Below, in pieces: positions 1 through 10,180 of a stretch of 32,000 bases of DNA. Each line of letters starts with the position of its first letter. The stretch's first letter is position 1. The notes beneath the pieces were generated by a model that had not been told where the DNA came from, made no database searches, and worked only from the letters and a program-made list of their open reading frames with translations. Where the stretch lies: the NCBI RefSeq assembly GCF_001457595.1, contig NZ_LN831039.1, positions 4,470,001 to 4,502,000 on the forward strand, read 5' to 3'. Both the position numbers and the translations under genes were made by a program. The DNA comes from Mycolicibacterium smegmatis (GTDB taxonomy: Bacteria > Actinomycetota > Actinomycetes > Mycobacteriales > Mycobacteriaceae).

Positions 1-123
1 GACGCGAACTACAGCACGCTGACCAAGATCGACAAGCGCCTGCTGCCCCCGGCCCCGGCCTACGGCGGCATCCACGCCGAACTGCGCAGCGCAGGACGGG
101 CACTCGGCACCATCTCCTACTGA
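1..123 (+). CDS. C-terminal end of an upstream protein, product not identifiable
   Basis: Open frame from window edge: DANYSTLTKIDKRLLPPAPAYGGIHAELRSAGRALGTISY*, followed 12 nt later by the SDR start. Confidence 0.6.
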   Translation, partial: DANYSTLTKIDKRLLPPAPAYGGIHAELRSAGRALGTISY

Positions 124-135
124 AAAGGACCAGCC

Positions 136-897
136 ATGGATCTTGGACTGACCGGTAAACGCTTCGTGGTCACGGGCGGCACGCGCGGTATCGGACGCGC
201 GGTCGTCGAGGGACTGCTTGCCGAGGGCGCCGCGGTCGCGTTCTGTGCCCGCACTCCCGAGGCGGTCACCGCGACGCAGCAGGAACTCGCCGCCGACGGC
301 GTCACCGTCGTCGGCACCCCGGTCGACGTCGGTGACGGCGCCGCGGTCGCCGACTGGGTCGCGCAGAGCGCCGAGACGCTCGGCGGCCTCGACGGCGTGG
401 TGGCCAACGTGAGTGCGCTGGCCATCCCCGAGAGCCCCGAGAACTGGCGCACCAGTTTCGAGGTGGACATGATGGGCACCGTCGGGCTGGTCGACGCGGC
501 CCTGCCGCACCTTCTGAAAAGTGACGCGGGATCCATCGTGACGATCTCGAGCGTGTCGGGCCGCGAGATCGACTTCGCGGCCGGGCCGTACGGCACGTTC
601 AAGGCCGCGATCATCCACTACACCCAGGGCCTGGCGTACCAGCTCGCGGCGAAGGGCGTCCGCGCCAACTCGGTCAGCCCGGGCAACACCTACTTCGAGG
701 GCGGCGTGTGGCCCACCATCGAGAAGGACGACCCCGAGTTGTTTGCTTCTGCCCTCGCGCTCAACCCCACCGGGCGGATGGGGACGCCACGTGAGGTTGC
801 CAACGCCGTCGTGTTCCTCAGCAGCCCGGTCGCGAGCTTCATCACCGGAACGAACCTGGTGGTCGACGGTGCACTGACCCGGGGCGTGCAGTTCTGA
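136..897 (+). CDS. Short-chain dehydrogenase/reductase (SDR) family oxidoreductase
   Basis: N-terminal VTGGTRGIGRAV cofactor motif, ISSVSG, YxxxK (YGTFK), SPGNT and C-terminal ITGTNLVVDGALTRG; RBS-like AAAAGGA upstream. Confidence 0.95.
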   Translation: MDLGLTGKRFVVTGGTRGIGRAVVEGLLAEGAAVAFCARTPEAVTATQQELAADGVTVVGTPVDVGDGAAVADWVAQSAETLGGLDGVVANVSALAIPESPENWRTSFEVDMMGTVGLVDAALPHLLKSDAGSIVTISSVSGREIDFAAGPYGTFKAAIIHYTQGLAYQLAAKGVRANSVSPGNTYFEGGVWPTIEKDDPELFASALALNPTGRMGTPREVANAVVFLSSPVASFITGTNLVVDGALTRGVQF

Positions 898-1027
898 CGC
901 GCTCCTGACGACTGTGTGCGGCGAGGGGAGCCCCCTCGGAAACCCTGGCATCTGGTAAGACAGTGGGACGATAGCGGACCTAAGCACTGCCGCGTCGTGA
1001 CTTCCAGACCGAGCATCAAGGGTTTTC

Positions 1028-3904
1028 ATGGCCGTATCGACCGACCGTCCCGCCGCGCGCGAAAGCGAGCACACCGGGATCGCTCGATGGATCCGTCGAC
1101 TCGCCATCCCGATCATCCTCGGCTGGATCGCGTTGCTCGGTGTCCTGGGCGCGACCGTGCCGTCGCTGGAAGAAGTCGGCCAGATGCGGTCGGTGTCGAT
1201 GAGCCCGGACTACGCGCCGTCGGTGATCGCGATGAAGCGTGTCGGCGAGGTCTTCGAGGAGTTCAAGTCCGACAGCTCGGCCATGATCGTGCTGGAGGGC
1301 GACGAGCCGCTCGGCGACGACGCGCACATCTTCTACAACGACATGGTCGACCGGCTCGAGGCCGACACCTTGCACGTGGAGCACGTCCAGGACTTCTGGG
1401 GTGACCCGCTGACCGAGGCCGGCGCGCAGAGCAACGACGGCAGGGCTGCGTACGTCCAGGTGTTCCTCGCGGGCAACATGGGTGAGGCGCTGGCCAACGA
1501 GTCGGTGCAGGCCGTGCAGGAGCTGGTCGAGGGACTCCAGCCGCCGCCCGGGGTAAAGGTGTACGTCACGGGCGGTTCGGCGCTGGCCAACGATCAGCAG
1601 ATCTCCGGTGACCGCAGCGTGCGCATCATCGAGGCGGTGACCTTCCTGGTCATCATCACGATGCTGCTCCTCGTGTACCGCTCGATCGTCACGGTGCTCA
1701 TCACGCTGTTCCTGGTGGTGATCTGCCTGCAGTCGGCGCGCGGCGTCGTGGCGTTCCTCGGCTATCACGAGCTCATCGGCCTCTCGACGTTCGCCACGCA
1801 GCTTCTCGTGACGCTGGCCATCGCGGCGTCGACCGACTACGCGATCTTCCTCATCGGCCGCTACCAGGAGGCCCGCACCCTCGGCGAGTCCAAGGAACAG
1901 GCCTACTACACGATGTTCCGCGGCACCGCCCACGTGGTGCTGGGGTCGGGCATGACCATCGCGGGCGCCACGCTGTGCCTGCACTTCACGCGGCTACCCT
2001 ACTTCCAGACCCTGGGCATCCCGATGGCCGTCGGCATGACGATCGCGGTGGTGGCGGCGCTGACGCTCGGGCCCGCGGTGATCACCGTGATGACGCGCTT
2101 CGGCAAGATCCTCGAACCCAAACGCGCGATGCGGATCCGGGGCTGGCGACGACTGGGCGCGTTCGTGGTGCGCTGGCCGGGTGCGGTGCTGATGGCCACC
2201 GTCCTGCTGTCGCTGGTGGGGTTGCTGGCCCTGCCCGGCTACCGGACCAACTACAACGACCGCAACTACCTGCCGGACGACCTGCCCGCGCAGGAAGGGT
2301 TCGCCGCGGCCGAGCGTCACTTCTCGCCGGCCAAGATGAACCCCGAACTGCTGCTCATCGAGACCGATCACGACATCCGCAACTCGGCCGACTTCCTCGT
2401 CATCGACAAGATCGCCAAGGCCGTGTTCCGCGTCCCCGGCATCGGCAGCGTCCAGGCCATCACGCGCCCGCAGGGTGAACCGCTGGAGTTCAGCACCATC
2501 CCGGCGCAGATGAGCATGGGCGGGACGCTGCAGACCATGAACCGCAAGTACATGCTCGACCGTGCCGACGACATGCTGCTGCAGGCCGACGAGATGCAGC
2601 GGACCATCGAACTGATGGGCCGCACGATCGAGCTCATGGAGGAGATGGCCGCGACCACCCACAGCATGGTGGGCAAGACGCACCTGATGGTCGAGGACGT
2701 CAAGGAACTGCGGGACAACATCTCGAACTTCGACGACTTCCTGCGTCCGCTGCGCAACTACCTGTACTGGGAACCGCACTGCTACGACATCCCGATGTGC
2801 CATTCGATGCGCTCGATCTTCGACGCGCTCGACGGCATGGACACCATGACCGAGGCCATGGAGGAACTGCTGCCTGACATGGACCGTCTCGACGCGCTCA
2901 TGCCGCGGATGGTGGCGCTGATGCCGCCGCAGATCGAGACGATGCGCAAGATGCGCACCATGATGCTCACCATGCATCAGACCCAGAAGGGTCTGCAGGA
3001 GCAGATGGGCGCCATGCAGGAGGGCCAGACCGCCATGGGCGAGGCCTTCAACACCGCCAAGAACGACGACACGTTCTATCTGCCGCCGGAGATCTTCAAC
3101 AACGCCGACTTCAAACGCGGCATGGACAGCTTCATCTCCCCCGACGGAAAAGCCGTGCGGTTCATCATCTCCCACGAGGGTGATCCGCTGACTCCCGAGG
3201 GCATCAAACTGATCGACCAGATCAAGCTGGCCGCCAAAGAGGCCATGAAGAACACTCCGTGGGAGGGTTCGAAGATCTACGTCGGCGGCACCGCCGCGGC
3301 CTTCAAGGACATGCAGGAAGGCAACAACTACGACCTGATCATCGCGGGCATCTCGGCGCTGTGCCTGATCTTCATCATCATGCTGCTGATCACGCGCAGC
3401 GTGGTCGCCGCGGCCGTCATCGTCGGCACGGTGCTGGTCTCGCTGGGCGCGTCGTTCGGGTTGTCGATTCTGGTGTGGCAGCACATCCTGGGCATCGACC
3501 TGCACTTCATGGTGATGGCGATGGCCGTCATCGTGCTGCTGGCCGTCGGCGCGGACTACAACCTGCTGCTGGTGGCACGCCTCAAGGAGGAACTGCCCGC
3601 GGGCATCAACACCGGCATCATCCGCGCCATGGGCGGCAGCGGCTCGGTGGTGACCGCGGCCGGCCTGGTGTTCGCGTTCACCATGATGTCGATGCTCGTC
3701 AGCGAGATGACGGTGGTGGCCCAGGTCGGCACCACGATCGGCATGGGTCTGCTGTTCGACACCCTGGTGATCCGGTCGTTCATGACGCCGTCGATCGCGG
3801 CGCTGCTGGGCCGGTGGTTCTGGTGGCCGCAGGTGGTGCGTGCCCGTCCCGCGCGCGGCGTTGTCGCGCGGGCGCTCGAGCGCGACAAGGCCGCGACGCA
3901 CTAG
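1028..3904 (+). CDS. MMPL/RND family lipid/siderophore-type transporter (MmpL4/5-like, 958 aa)
   Basis: Two sets of RND-type TM segments, [16 protein letters not shown] and [15 protein letters not shown] motifs, Met-rich coiled-coil-like loop between TM blocks; C-terminal [11 protein letters not shown]. No mmpS-like gene adjacent. Confidence 0.93.
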   Translation: MAVSTDRPAARESEHTGIARWIRRLAIPIILGWIALLGVLGATVPSLEEVGQMRSVSMSPDYAPSVIAMKRVGEVFEEFKSDSSAMIVLEGDEPLGDDAHIFYNDMVDRLEADTLHVEHVQDFWGDPLTEAGAQSNDGRAAYVQVFLAGNMGEALANESVQAVQELVEGLQPPPGVKVYVTGGSALANDQQISGDRSVRIIEAVTFLVIITMLLLVYRSIVTVLITLFLVVICLQSARGVVAFLGYHELIGLSTFATQLLVTLAIAASTDYAIFLIGRYQEARTLGESKEQAYYTMFRGTAHVVLGSGMTIAGATLCLHFTRLPYFQTLGIPMAVGMTIAVVAALTLGPAVITVMTRFGKILEPKRAMRIRGWRRLGAFVVRWPGAVLMATVLLSLVGLLALPGYRTNYNDRNYLPDDLPAQEGFAAAERHFSPAKMNPELLLIETDHDIRNSADFLVIDKIAKAVFRVPGIGSVQAITRPQGEPLEFSTIPAQMSMGGTLQTMNRKYMLDRADDMLLQADEMQRTIELMGRTIELMEEMAATTHSMVGKTHLMVEDVKELRDNISNFDDFLRPLRNYLYWEPHCYDIPMCHSMRSIFDALDGMDTMTEAMEELLPDMDRLDALMPRMVALMPPQIETMRKMRTMMLTMHQTQKGLQEQMGAMQEGQTAMGEAFNTAKNDDTFYLPPEIFNNADFKRGMDSFISPDGKAVRFIISHEGDPLTPEGIKLIDQIKLAAKEAMKNTPWEGSKIYVGGTAAAFKDMQEGNNYDLIIAGISALCLIFIIMLLITRSVVAAAVIVGTVLVSLGASFGLSILVWQHILGIDLHFMVMAMAVIVLLAVGADYNLLLVARLKEELPAGINTGIIRAMGGSGSVVTAAGLVFAFTMMSMLVSEMTVVAQVGTTIGMGLLFDTLVIRSFMTPSIAALLGRWFWWPQVVRARPARGVVARALERDKAATH

Positions 3905-4003
3905 GCCGGCGACCAAGATCGTTATCGGTCCGAGATGCCAACGGGCCGAACCAGTTACACGCTAATCGTCTCCGCGCGCCCGCGGCGGGCCTACGCTTGA
4001 TCC

Positions 4004-6472
4004 ATGTCCGGCCCGCCCCGCCGGTCGGGGGTCACGGTTGCCAAGCTGGCGCTGCATTGCGTGCTGGCGGGATTCCTGGCGATGTTGTTGCTGTTCCCCG
4101 TCTTCGGCGGCGGCGGCATGCTCGTGATGCGCCTGTCCGACCAGGTGGCGCAGGATTCGGAATTGGTTGTCGAGGGCGAGGTGCCCATCGTGTCGACGAT
4201 GGTCGATGCGGCAGGCAATCCGATCGCGTGGTTCTATCAGCAGCGGCGGTGGATCGTGCCCAGCGAGCGGATCGCCGACACCATTAAACTGGCGATCGTC
4301 TCGATCGAGGACAAACGCTTCGCCGAACACAACGGTGTCGACCTGCAGGGAACCCTCAACGGGCTCATCGGGTATCTGCGCGGTATCGACGACGTGCGGG
4401 GCGGTTCCACCCTCGAGCAGCAGTACGTCAAGAACTACAACCTGTTGGTTAAGGCCAGGACCCAGGCCGAACGTCGTGCCGCCGTCGAGATCAGCCCGGC
4501 CCGCAAGCTGCGCGAGATCCGGATCGCGCTGGCGCTGGACAACGCGTTGTCCAAGGGCGAGATCCTGACCCGCTACCTCAATCTCGTGTCGTTCGGGAAC
4601 GGTGCGTTCGGGGTGCAGGACGCGGCGCGGACGTACTTCGGGGTCGACGCGTCGCAACTCAACTGGCAGCAGGCGGCGCTTCTCGCGGGCCTGGTGCGGT
4701 CCACCAGCGCGCTCAACCCCTACACCAACCCCGACGGCGCGTTGTCACGCCGGAACCTCGTACTGGACACCATGATCGAGTACGTGCCCGACCGTGCGGC
4801 CGAACTGCGCGCGGCCAAGGCCACACCGCTCGGCGTGCTGCCCCGCCCCGATCCGTTGCCGCAGGGCTGCATCGGTGCGCGCGACCGCGCATTCTTCTGC
4901 GAGTACGCGCTTCAGTACCTGGCGAACGCGGGGATCAGCCCCGACGAGGTCGCGCGCAACGGCTACCTGATCCGCACCACGCTCGACCCCGTCGTGCAGG
5001 ACAGCGTGAAATCGGCGGTCGACGGTATCGCGGCGCCCACCACACGTGGCGTCGCGAGCGTGATGAGCGTGATCACGCCGGGCAAGACCGCGCACCGTGT
5101 GGTCGCGATGGCCGACAACCGCACGTACGGACTGGATCTCGACGCGGGCGAGACCATGCAACCGCAGCCCTTCTCGCTCGTCGGCGACGGCGCCGGGTCG
5201 ATCTTCAAGATCTTCACCACCGCCGCGGCGCTCGACATGGGGATGGGGATCAACGCCCGGCTCGACGTGCCGGGGAGCTTCGCGGGCCGCGGGCTGGGAA
5301 GCAGCGACACCCCCGGCTGCCCCAAGGAGACCTGGTGCGTGAGGAACGCCCGGGCCTACAGCTCACCCATGAACGTCACCGACGCGCTGGCCCAGTCCCC
5401 CAACACCGCGTTCGCCAAACTGATCTCACAGATCGGGGTGCCCCGCGCGGTCGACATGGCGGTCCGGCTGGGGCTGCGGTCCTACGCCCAGCCAGGCAGC
5501 GCCTCGGCGTACACCGACAATCCCGACGAGAGCATCGCCGACTATGTGAAGCGCCAGAACATCGGATCGTTCACGCTCGGGCCGCTCGAGCTCAACGCGC
5601 TCGAACTGTCCAACGTCGGCGCGACCCTGGCCTCCGGCGGCATGTGGTGTCCCCCGACACCCATCGACAAGGTCTTCGACCGCAACGGCAAAGAGGTGGG
5701 TGTGGAGACCGTGCCGTGCGAGCAGGCGGTGCCCGAAGGTCTCGCCAACACGCTGGCCAACGCCCTCGGCAAGGACCACACCGGCGGAACCGCAACGGGG
5801 GCAGCATCTTCGGTGGGCTGGGCGCTGCCCATGTCGGGCAAGACCGGAACCACCGAATCGCACCGTTCCTCGGCGTTCCTCGGGTTCACCAACCAATATG
5901 CCGCGGCCAACTACATTTTCGACGACTCCTCCTCACCGTCGGGTCTGTGTTCCTATCCGCTGCGCAAGTGCGGTGACGGTGACCTGTACGGCGGTACCGA
6001 ACCGGCACGGACGTGGTACACGGCGATGAAGCCGATCGCCGAGCACTTCGGCCCGATCGCCATGCCGCCGACCGACCCGCGGTACGTCGAGGGCGGTCCG
6101 GGCAGCCAGGTGCCCAGCGTCACCGGGCTGAAACTCGACGCGGCCCGCAAGAAGTTGCAGGACGCGGGCTTCCAGGTCGCCGAATACCCCACGCCGGTCA
6201 ACAGTTCCGCCACCAGAGGCTCGGTCGTCGGCACCACCCCGAGCGGACGGACCATCCCCGGGTCGGTCATCACCATCAACACCAGCACGGGTTATGTGCC
6301 GCCCCCGGTGGTGGTACGACCACCCGACGCGCCGCCGCCACCGCCCGAGGGACCTCCGCCGCCGCCCAATGTCGTGCTGATCCCCGGACTTCCGCCGATC
6401 ACCATCCCCGGTGCGCCGCCGCCCCCTCCACCGCCACCACCACCGCCTCCACCGCCGGGTACGCCGTTCTGA
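4004..6472 (+). CDS. Class A penicillin-binding protein (bifunctional transglycosylase/transpeptidase), PonA family, with C-terminal PASTA-like domain and proline-rich tail
   Basis: Glycosyltransferase motifs (EDKRFAEHNGVD, GGSTLEQQYVKN), transpeptidase SxxK-type site (GSIFKIFTTAAALD), SPN/SxN region, KTGTTE (KTG box); PASTA-like VPSVTGLKLDAARKKLQDAGFQV; tail of consecutive prolines. Confidence 0.93.
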   Translation: MSGPPRRSGVTVAKLALHCVLAGFLAMLLLFPVFGGGGMLVMRLSDQVAQDSELVVEGEVPIVSTMVDAAGNPIAWFYQQRRWIVPSERIADTIKLAIVSIEDKRFAEHNGVDLQGTLNGLIGYLRGIDDVRGGSTLEQQYVKNYNLLVKARTQAERRAAVEISPARKLREIRIALALDNALSKGEILTRYLNLVSFGNGAFGVQDAARTYFGVDASQLNWQQAALLAGLVRSTSALNPYTNPDGALSRRNLVLDTMIEYVPDRAAELRAAKATPLGVLPRPDPLPQGCIGARDRAFFCEYALQYLANAGISPDEVARNGYLIRTTLDPVVQDSVKSAVDGIAAPTTRGVASVMSVITPGKTAHRVVAMADNRTYGLDLDAGETMQPQPFSLVGDGAGSIFKIFTTAAALDMGMGINARLDVPGSFAGRGLGSSDTPGCPKETWCVRNARAYSSPMNVTDALAQSPNTAFAKLISQIGVPRAVDMAVRLGLRSYAQPGSASAYTDNPDESIADYVKRQNIGSFTLGPLELNALELSNVGATLASGGMWCPPTPIDKVFDRNGKEVGVETVPCEQAVPEGLANTLANALGKDHTGGTATGAASSVGWALPMSGKTGTTESHRSSAFLGFTNQYAAANYIFDDSSSPSGLCSYPLRKCGDGDLYGGTEPARTWYTAMKPIAEHFGPIAMPPTDPRYVEGGPGSQVPSVTGLKLDAARKKLQDAGFQVAEYPTPVNSSATRGSVVGTTPSGRTIPGSVITINTSTGYVPPPVVVRPPDAPPPPPEGPPPPPNVVLIPGLPPITIPGAPPPPPPPPPPPPPPGTPF

Positions 6473-6474
6473 CA

Positions 6475-6491
6475 GGCCGTTCTGACGGGCC
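6475..6491 (+). terminator. Possible short hairpin terminator after the PBP gene
   Basis: GGCCGT-TCTG-ACGG(G)CC imperfect stem-loop immediately after the stop codon, within a 13-nt tandem repeat (GTTCTGACAGGCC/GTTCTGACGGGCC, 6466-6491). No T-tract. Confidence 0.3.
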
Positions 6492-6705
6492 GACCACATG
6501 GAGTGGTGCGGTGTGGCGCGCATTACCCCGATCCGCCGAATGCAGCATGCCGGTGGCCGGAACCAAAAGAATCGCGCTGATTCGATCGCTATTTCCGTAA
6601 GAACGGTTACGGCAGTATTACGCGGTCATCACCACCCGCGAGTTCCCTCGGACGCGCCACGGCGCACCGGTGCCATCGGACTCCCGTCGATCGAAAGACC
6701 AGTCA

Positions 6706-8364
6706 GTGACCCGAACTTCATATCGCCGTGCCGTTCCCGGCTCCCTCGCCCTCGTGGCCGCCCTGACCCTCGCAGGTTGTGGTGGCACCACCGGCGGCGA
6801 CGAGTCCGCATCCGACGGGAACCCGGTGAGCGGGGGCTCCATCGTCTACGCGACCGACCGCGAACCCACATGCCTGGATCCCCACAACTTCGGTGACATG
6901 CCGCAGACCTACGTCGCCCGCCAGTACCTCGACAGCCTGGTCTCCGAACGTCCCGACGGTTCGGTGGTGCCGTGGCTCGCCGAATCCTGGGAGGTGTCCC
7001 CCGACGGCCTCACCTACACCTTCAAGATCAAGCAGGGAGTGAAGTTCCACGACGGCACCCCGCTGGATGCCGAGGCCGTCAAGGCGAACTTCGAGCACAT
7101 CCTCGACCCCGCCACCGAGTCGGCCACCGACGCTGGCTATCTGCGGCCCTACTACGAGAGCTCGCGCGCGATCGACCCGTCGACATTCGAGCTCAAGCTC
7201 AAGACACCGTATTCGGCGCTGCTGCCGGTGCTCTCGCAGGCCTTCTTCGGCATCCAGTCGCCCGAGGCCATGGCCCGCGGCCTCGAGGAGAACTGCCAGT
7301 CCCCCGTCGGCACCGGCCCGTTCATCGTCAAGACATGGAACCGCGGCCAGAGCGTCGAACTCGACCGCAACCCCGACTACAACTCGGCACCCGCCGACGC
7401 CAAGCACCAGGGCCCGGCCTACCTCGACCACATCAGCTGGAAGTTCATCGAGGACGGTTCGGTGCGGGCGGCCGCCGTGCAGGGCCGCGACGCCGACATC
7501 ATCTTCAACCCGCCACCACAGCAGGTCGCCGCGCTCAAGGCCGACCCCAACCTGGCGACGCAGGAGTTCACCCACACGGGTCTGCCGAACGGCATCGCGC
7601 TCAACACCTCCCGCGCGCCGTTCGACGACACCAAAGTGCGCCAGGCGTTCATCCACGGCTCCAACGCCGAGGCGGCCGTGACGAGCGCCTATCTCGGTGT
7701 CTACGAATGGGAGCACGGCCCGGTCTCGTCGACCACGCCGCACTACAAGGACCTGCGCAGCTTCTACGCCTACGACAAGGACAAGGCCGGCAAGCTGCTC
7801 GACGAGGCCGGCTGGACACAGCGTGACGCCGACGGTTACCGCACCAAAGACGGCAAACGCCTGACCGCCGAACTGGTCTACTCGGCCGACACCGGCGACA
7901 CCCCACCCGCGGATGTGACGCTGTTCCAGAACATCCAGTCCGCGGAGAAGGAGATCGGCTTCGACGTCGTGCTCAAACCGTTGCCGCAGGACCAGTACTT
8001 CGCGGCGTTCTCCGACAAGAACGCCTACGACGGGCTCACCGGCGCGTACTGGAACAGCCCCACCCCGGCCGTGCTGTCCATCGTGTTCTCGTCCGACTCG
8101 CTCAAGGCCGCACCCGGCAACAACATGAGCTGGGTCGAGAACCCGAAGATCGACGAGCTGGTCCGCGCGGCGGCGGCCACCACGGATACCGCCGAGCAGG
8201 AACGCCTTTACGGCCAGACACAGGACATCATCGCCGAGGAGGCCTACCAGCTGGGCCTGTACCCGGTGCTCACGCGCCTGGTCGCCAAGAAGAAGCTCAA
8301 GGACGTCTGGATCGAGCCGTCCGAGGGTGAGCCGGTGCTGCACGACGCCTGGTTGGCACCGTGA
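6706..8364 (+). CDS. ABC transporter substrate-binding lipoprotein, oligopeptide/dipeptide family (SBP family 5)
   Basis: Signal peptide with lipobox LTLAGCGG, then EPTCLDPHNFGD...; DGLTYTFKIKQGVKFHDGTPLDAEAVKANFEH is typical of SBP_bac_5. GTG start at 6706 preferred over 6670 because the signal peptide follows closely. Confidence 0.92.
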   Translation: MTRTSYRRAVPGSLALVAALTLAGCGGTTGGDESASDGNPVSGGSIVYATDREPTCLDPHNFGDMPQTYVARQYLDSLVSERPDGSVVPWLAESWEVSPDGLTYTFKIKQGVKFHDGTPLDAEAVKANFEHILDPATESATDAGYLRPYYESSRAIDPSTFELKLKTPYSALLPVLSQAFFGIQSPEAMARGLEENCQSPVGTGPFIVKTWNRGQSVELDRNPDYNSAPADAKHQGPAYLDHISWKFIEDGSVRAAAVQGRDADIIFNPPPQQVAALKADPNLATQEFTHTGLPNGIALNTSRAPFDDTKVRQAFIHGSNAEAAVTSAYLGVYEWEHGPVSSTTPHYKDLRSFYAYDKDKAGKLLDEAGWTQRDADGYRTKDGKRLTAELVYSADTGDTPPADVTLFQNIQSAEKEIGFDVVLKPLPQDQYFAAFSDKNAYDGLTGAYWNSPTPAVLSIVFSSDSLKAAPGNNMSWVENPKIDELVRAAAATTDTAEQERLYGQTQDIIAEEAYQLGLYPVLTRLVAKKKLKDVWIEPSEGEPVLHDAWLAP

Positions 8365-9329
8365 GCCTGGCAGAACCCGTCACCCGCCGCACCGCTTTCG
8401 GGGTGCGGCGGGTGCTCGTCCGCATCGCGGGCGTGATCGGCGTGCTCTGGGGCGCAGCGACTTTGACGTTCATCGCGCAGCAATTGATGCCCGGTGATCC
8501 CGCGCAGACGATCCTCGGCGGCGCGGGCGCCCGCCCGTCCGTCGAACAGTTGGCCGCGGTGCGTGAGCAGTACGGATTCAACGATCCGGCCGTCGTGCAG
8601 TACCTGCACTTCCTCGGTGGTCTGGTACGCGGTGACCTCGGCACGTCCTACATCCTCAAACAACCCGTGGCCGACATCATCGGGCACCATCTCGGGCCCA
8701 CCCTGACGTTGACCCTCGTGTCGCTCGTCGCCGCGTGGGTGATCGCGGTGACGGTCACCCTGCTCACCGCGCACCGGTCGCGTTGGCTCGCGAGCATCGG
8801 TTCCGGCGTGGAGATCTTCTTGGCCGCGTTGCCCCAATACTGGCTGGGCATCGTGCTTCTGGTGGTTTTCGCGATCCAGTTGCGGCTGCTGCCGGTGATC
8901 GGCGGCGACGACTTCTCGGGGCTGATCCTGCCCGCACTGACGCTCGCGCTGCCGCTGGCCGGGTACCTGGGTCAGGTCACCCGCGACGAGTTCTCGTCGG
9001 CCATGGAGCAACCGTTCGCGGTTTCGGCACGTGCCCGCGGCATGAGCGACTGGGGTGTGCGGTGGCGCCACGCGCTGCGCCACGCGGTCCTGCCCGGTCT
9101 GACGTTGTCCGGGTGGGCGCTGGGGTCGCTGTTCTCCACCGCGGTGATCGTCGAATCGGTGTTCGTCCGGCCCGGTCTGGGTCGTGTGCTCGTCGACGCC
9201 GTCACGAGCAAGGACATGCCGGTGGTGATCGGGGTGACACTGTTCGTCGCCGCGGTCTACGTGCTGGCCAACCTGCTGGTCGACATCGGCTTCGTGCGCG
9301 TCGACCCGCGTCTGCGGAGGGCCCGATGA
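8361..9329 (+). CDS. ABC transporter permease (DppB/OppB-like)
   Basis: MPGDPAQTILGG..., ARGMSDWGVRWRHALRHAVLP; GTGA overlap with upstream stop. Confidence 0.93.
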   Translation: MSLAEPVTRRTAFGVRRVLVRIAGVIGVLWGAATLTFIAQQLMPGDPAQTILGGAGARPSVEQLAAVREQYGFNDPAVVQYLHFLGGLVRGDLGTSYILKQPVADIIGHHLGPTLTLTLVSLVAAWVIAVTVTLLTAHRSRWLASIGSGVEIFLAALPQYWLGIVLLVVFAIQLRLLPVIGGDDFSGLILPALTLALPLAGYLGQVTRDEFSSAMEQPFAVSARARGMSDWGVRWRHALRHAVLPGLTLSGWALGSLFSTAVIVESVFVRPGLGRVLVDAVTSKDMPVVIGVTLFVAAVYVLANLLVDIGFVRVDPRLRRAR

Positions 9330-10180
9330 CCGCCCTGGCCCCCGCCCGCACCTCGGTGACCTCGATCCCCAGGCGCCGGGTGCGGCCCGCCGTGATCCTG
9401 GCCGCGGCCTACCTGGCGCTCATGCTGGCCTGGGCCGTCGCGCCGGGCGCCTTCACGAGTGGCACACCGTACGACACCGACATCGAAAACCCGCTCAAAC
9501 CACCGTCTTTCGAACACTGGTTCGGCACGGACGCCTCGGGACGCGACATCTTCACGCGTGTTGTCTACGGTACGCAGAGTTCGCTGGCCATCGGTGTCGG
9601 TGCGACGGCACTCGCGCTGCTCGCCGCGATCATTCTCGGTTTCGGCGCCGGCCTGGGCGGCCGCTTCGCCGACGGCGCCATCAGCCGGTTCATCGAAGTG
9701 GTGCTATCCATCCCGGGCCTGCTGCTCGCGCTGGTGTTCATCGCGATGTTCGGTCCCGGTGTCGTCACCCAGATCCTCGCCGTGGCGATCGGCTCCGCCG
9801 TCGGCTACGCACGCATGGTGCGCGGTCAGGTCATCGCGGTCAAGGATTCCGGATACGTCCATGCCGCAACGGCACTCGGACATTCGCGCGGCCAGATCAT
9901 CCGGCGGCACGTGTTCCCCAACGCCATGCGCCCACTGGTGGTGCTCGGCACCATGGGCATCGGCCAGTCCATCGTGTGGGCGTCCTCGCTGAGCTTTCTG
10001 GGTCTCGGCGTCGCACCGCCTGCCCCGGAGTGGGGCGCGATGCTCAACGCCGGCCGCGACTTCGTCTCCACCGCATGGTGGCTGGAACTGTTCCCGGGCC
10101 TGGCCATCGTCGGCTGCACACTGGCCGTCACGGTGGTCGGCCGCTACCTGCAGCAGCGCCTCGAAGGAAGACTGTCATGA
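9326..10180 (+). CDS. ABC transporter permease (DppC/OppC-like)
   Basis: HWFGTDASGRDIFTRVVYGTQSSL, AATALGHSRGQIIRRHVFPNAMRPLVV; ATG at 9326 overlaps the previous stop by 4 nt. The longer ORF call from 8735 is an out-of-frame extension. Confidence 0.93.
   Translation: MTALAPARTSVTSIPRRRVRPAVILAAAYLALMLAWAVAPGAFTSGTPYDTDIENPLKPPSFEHWFGTDASGRDIFTRVVYGTQSSLAIGVGATALALLAAIILGFGAGLGGRFADGAISRFIEVVLSIPGLLLALVFIAMFGPGVVTQILAVAIGSAVGYARMVRGQVIAVKDSGYVHAATALGHSRGQIIRRHVFPNAMRPLVVLGTMGIGQSIVWASSLSFLGLGVAPPAPEWGAMLNAGRDFVSTAWWLELFPGLAIVGCTLAVTVVGRYLQQRLEGRLS

Noticed and set aside
1994-3916. 640-aa minus-strand ORF
   Set aside because: Antisense shadow of mmpL caused by high GC3; low-complexity His/Arg/Asp-rich translation and no domain motifs.
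6370-6470. Possible tandem DNA repeat or CRISPR-like array
   Set aside because: It is simply CCx-proline codon runs in the PBP tail, with no repeat-spacer structure. No CRISPR array was seen in the window.
6718-8343. 541-aa minus-strand ORF
   Set aside because: Mirror of the substrate-binding protein gene; the plus strand has a signal peptide, family motifs and coupled downstream genes.
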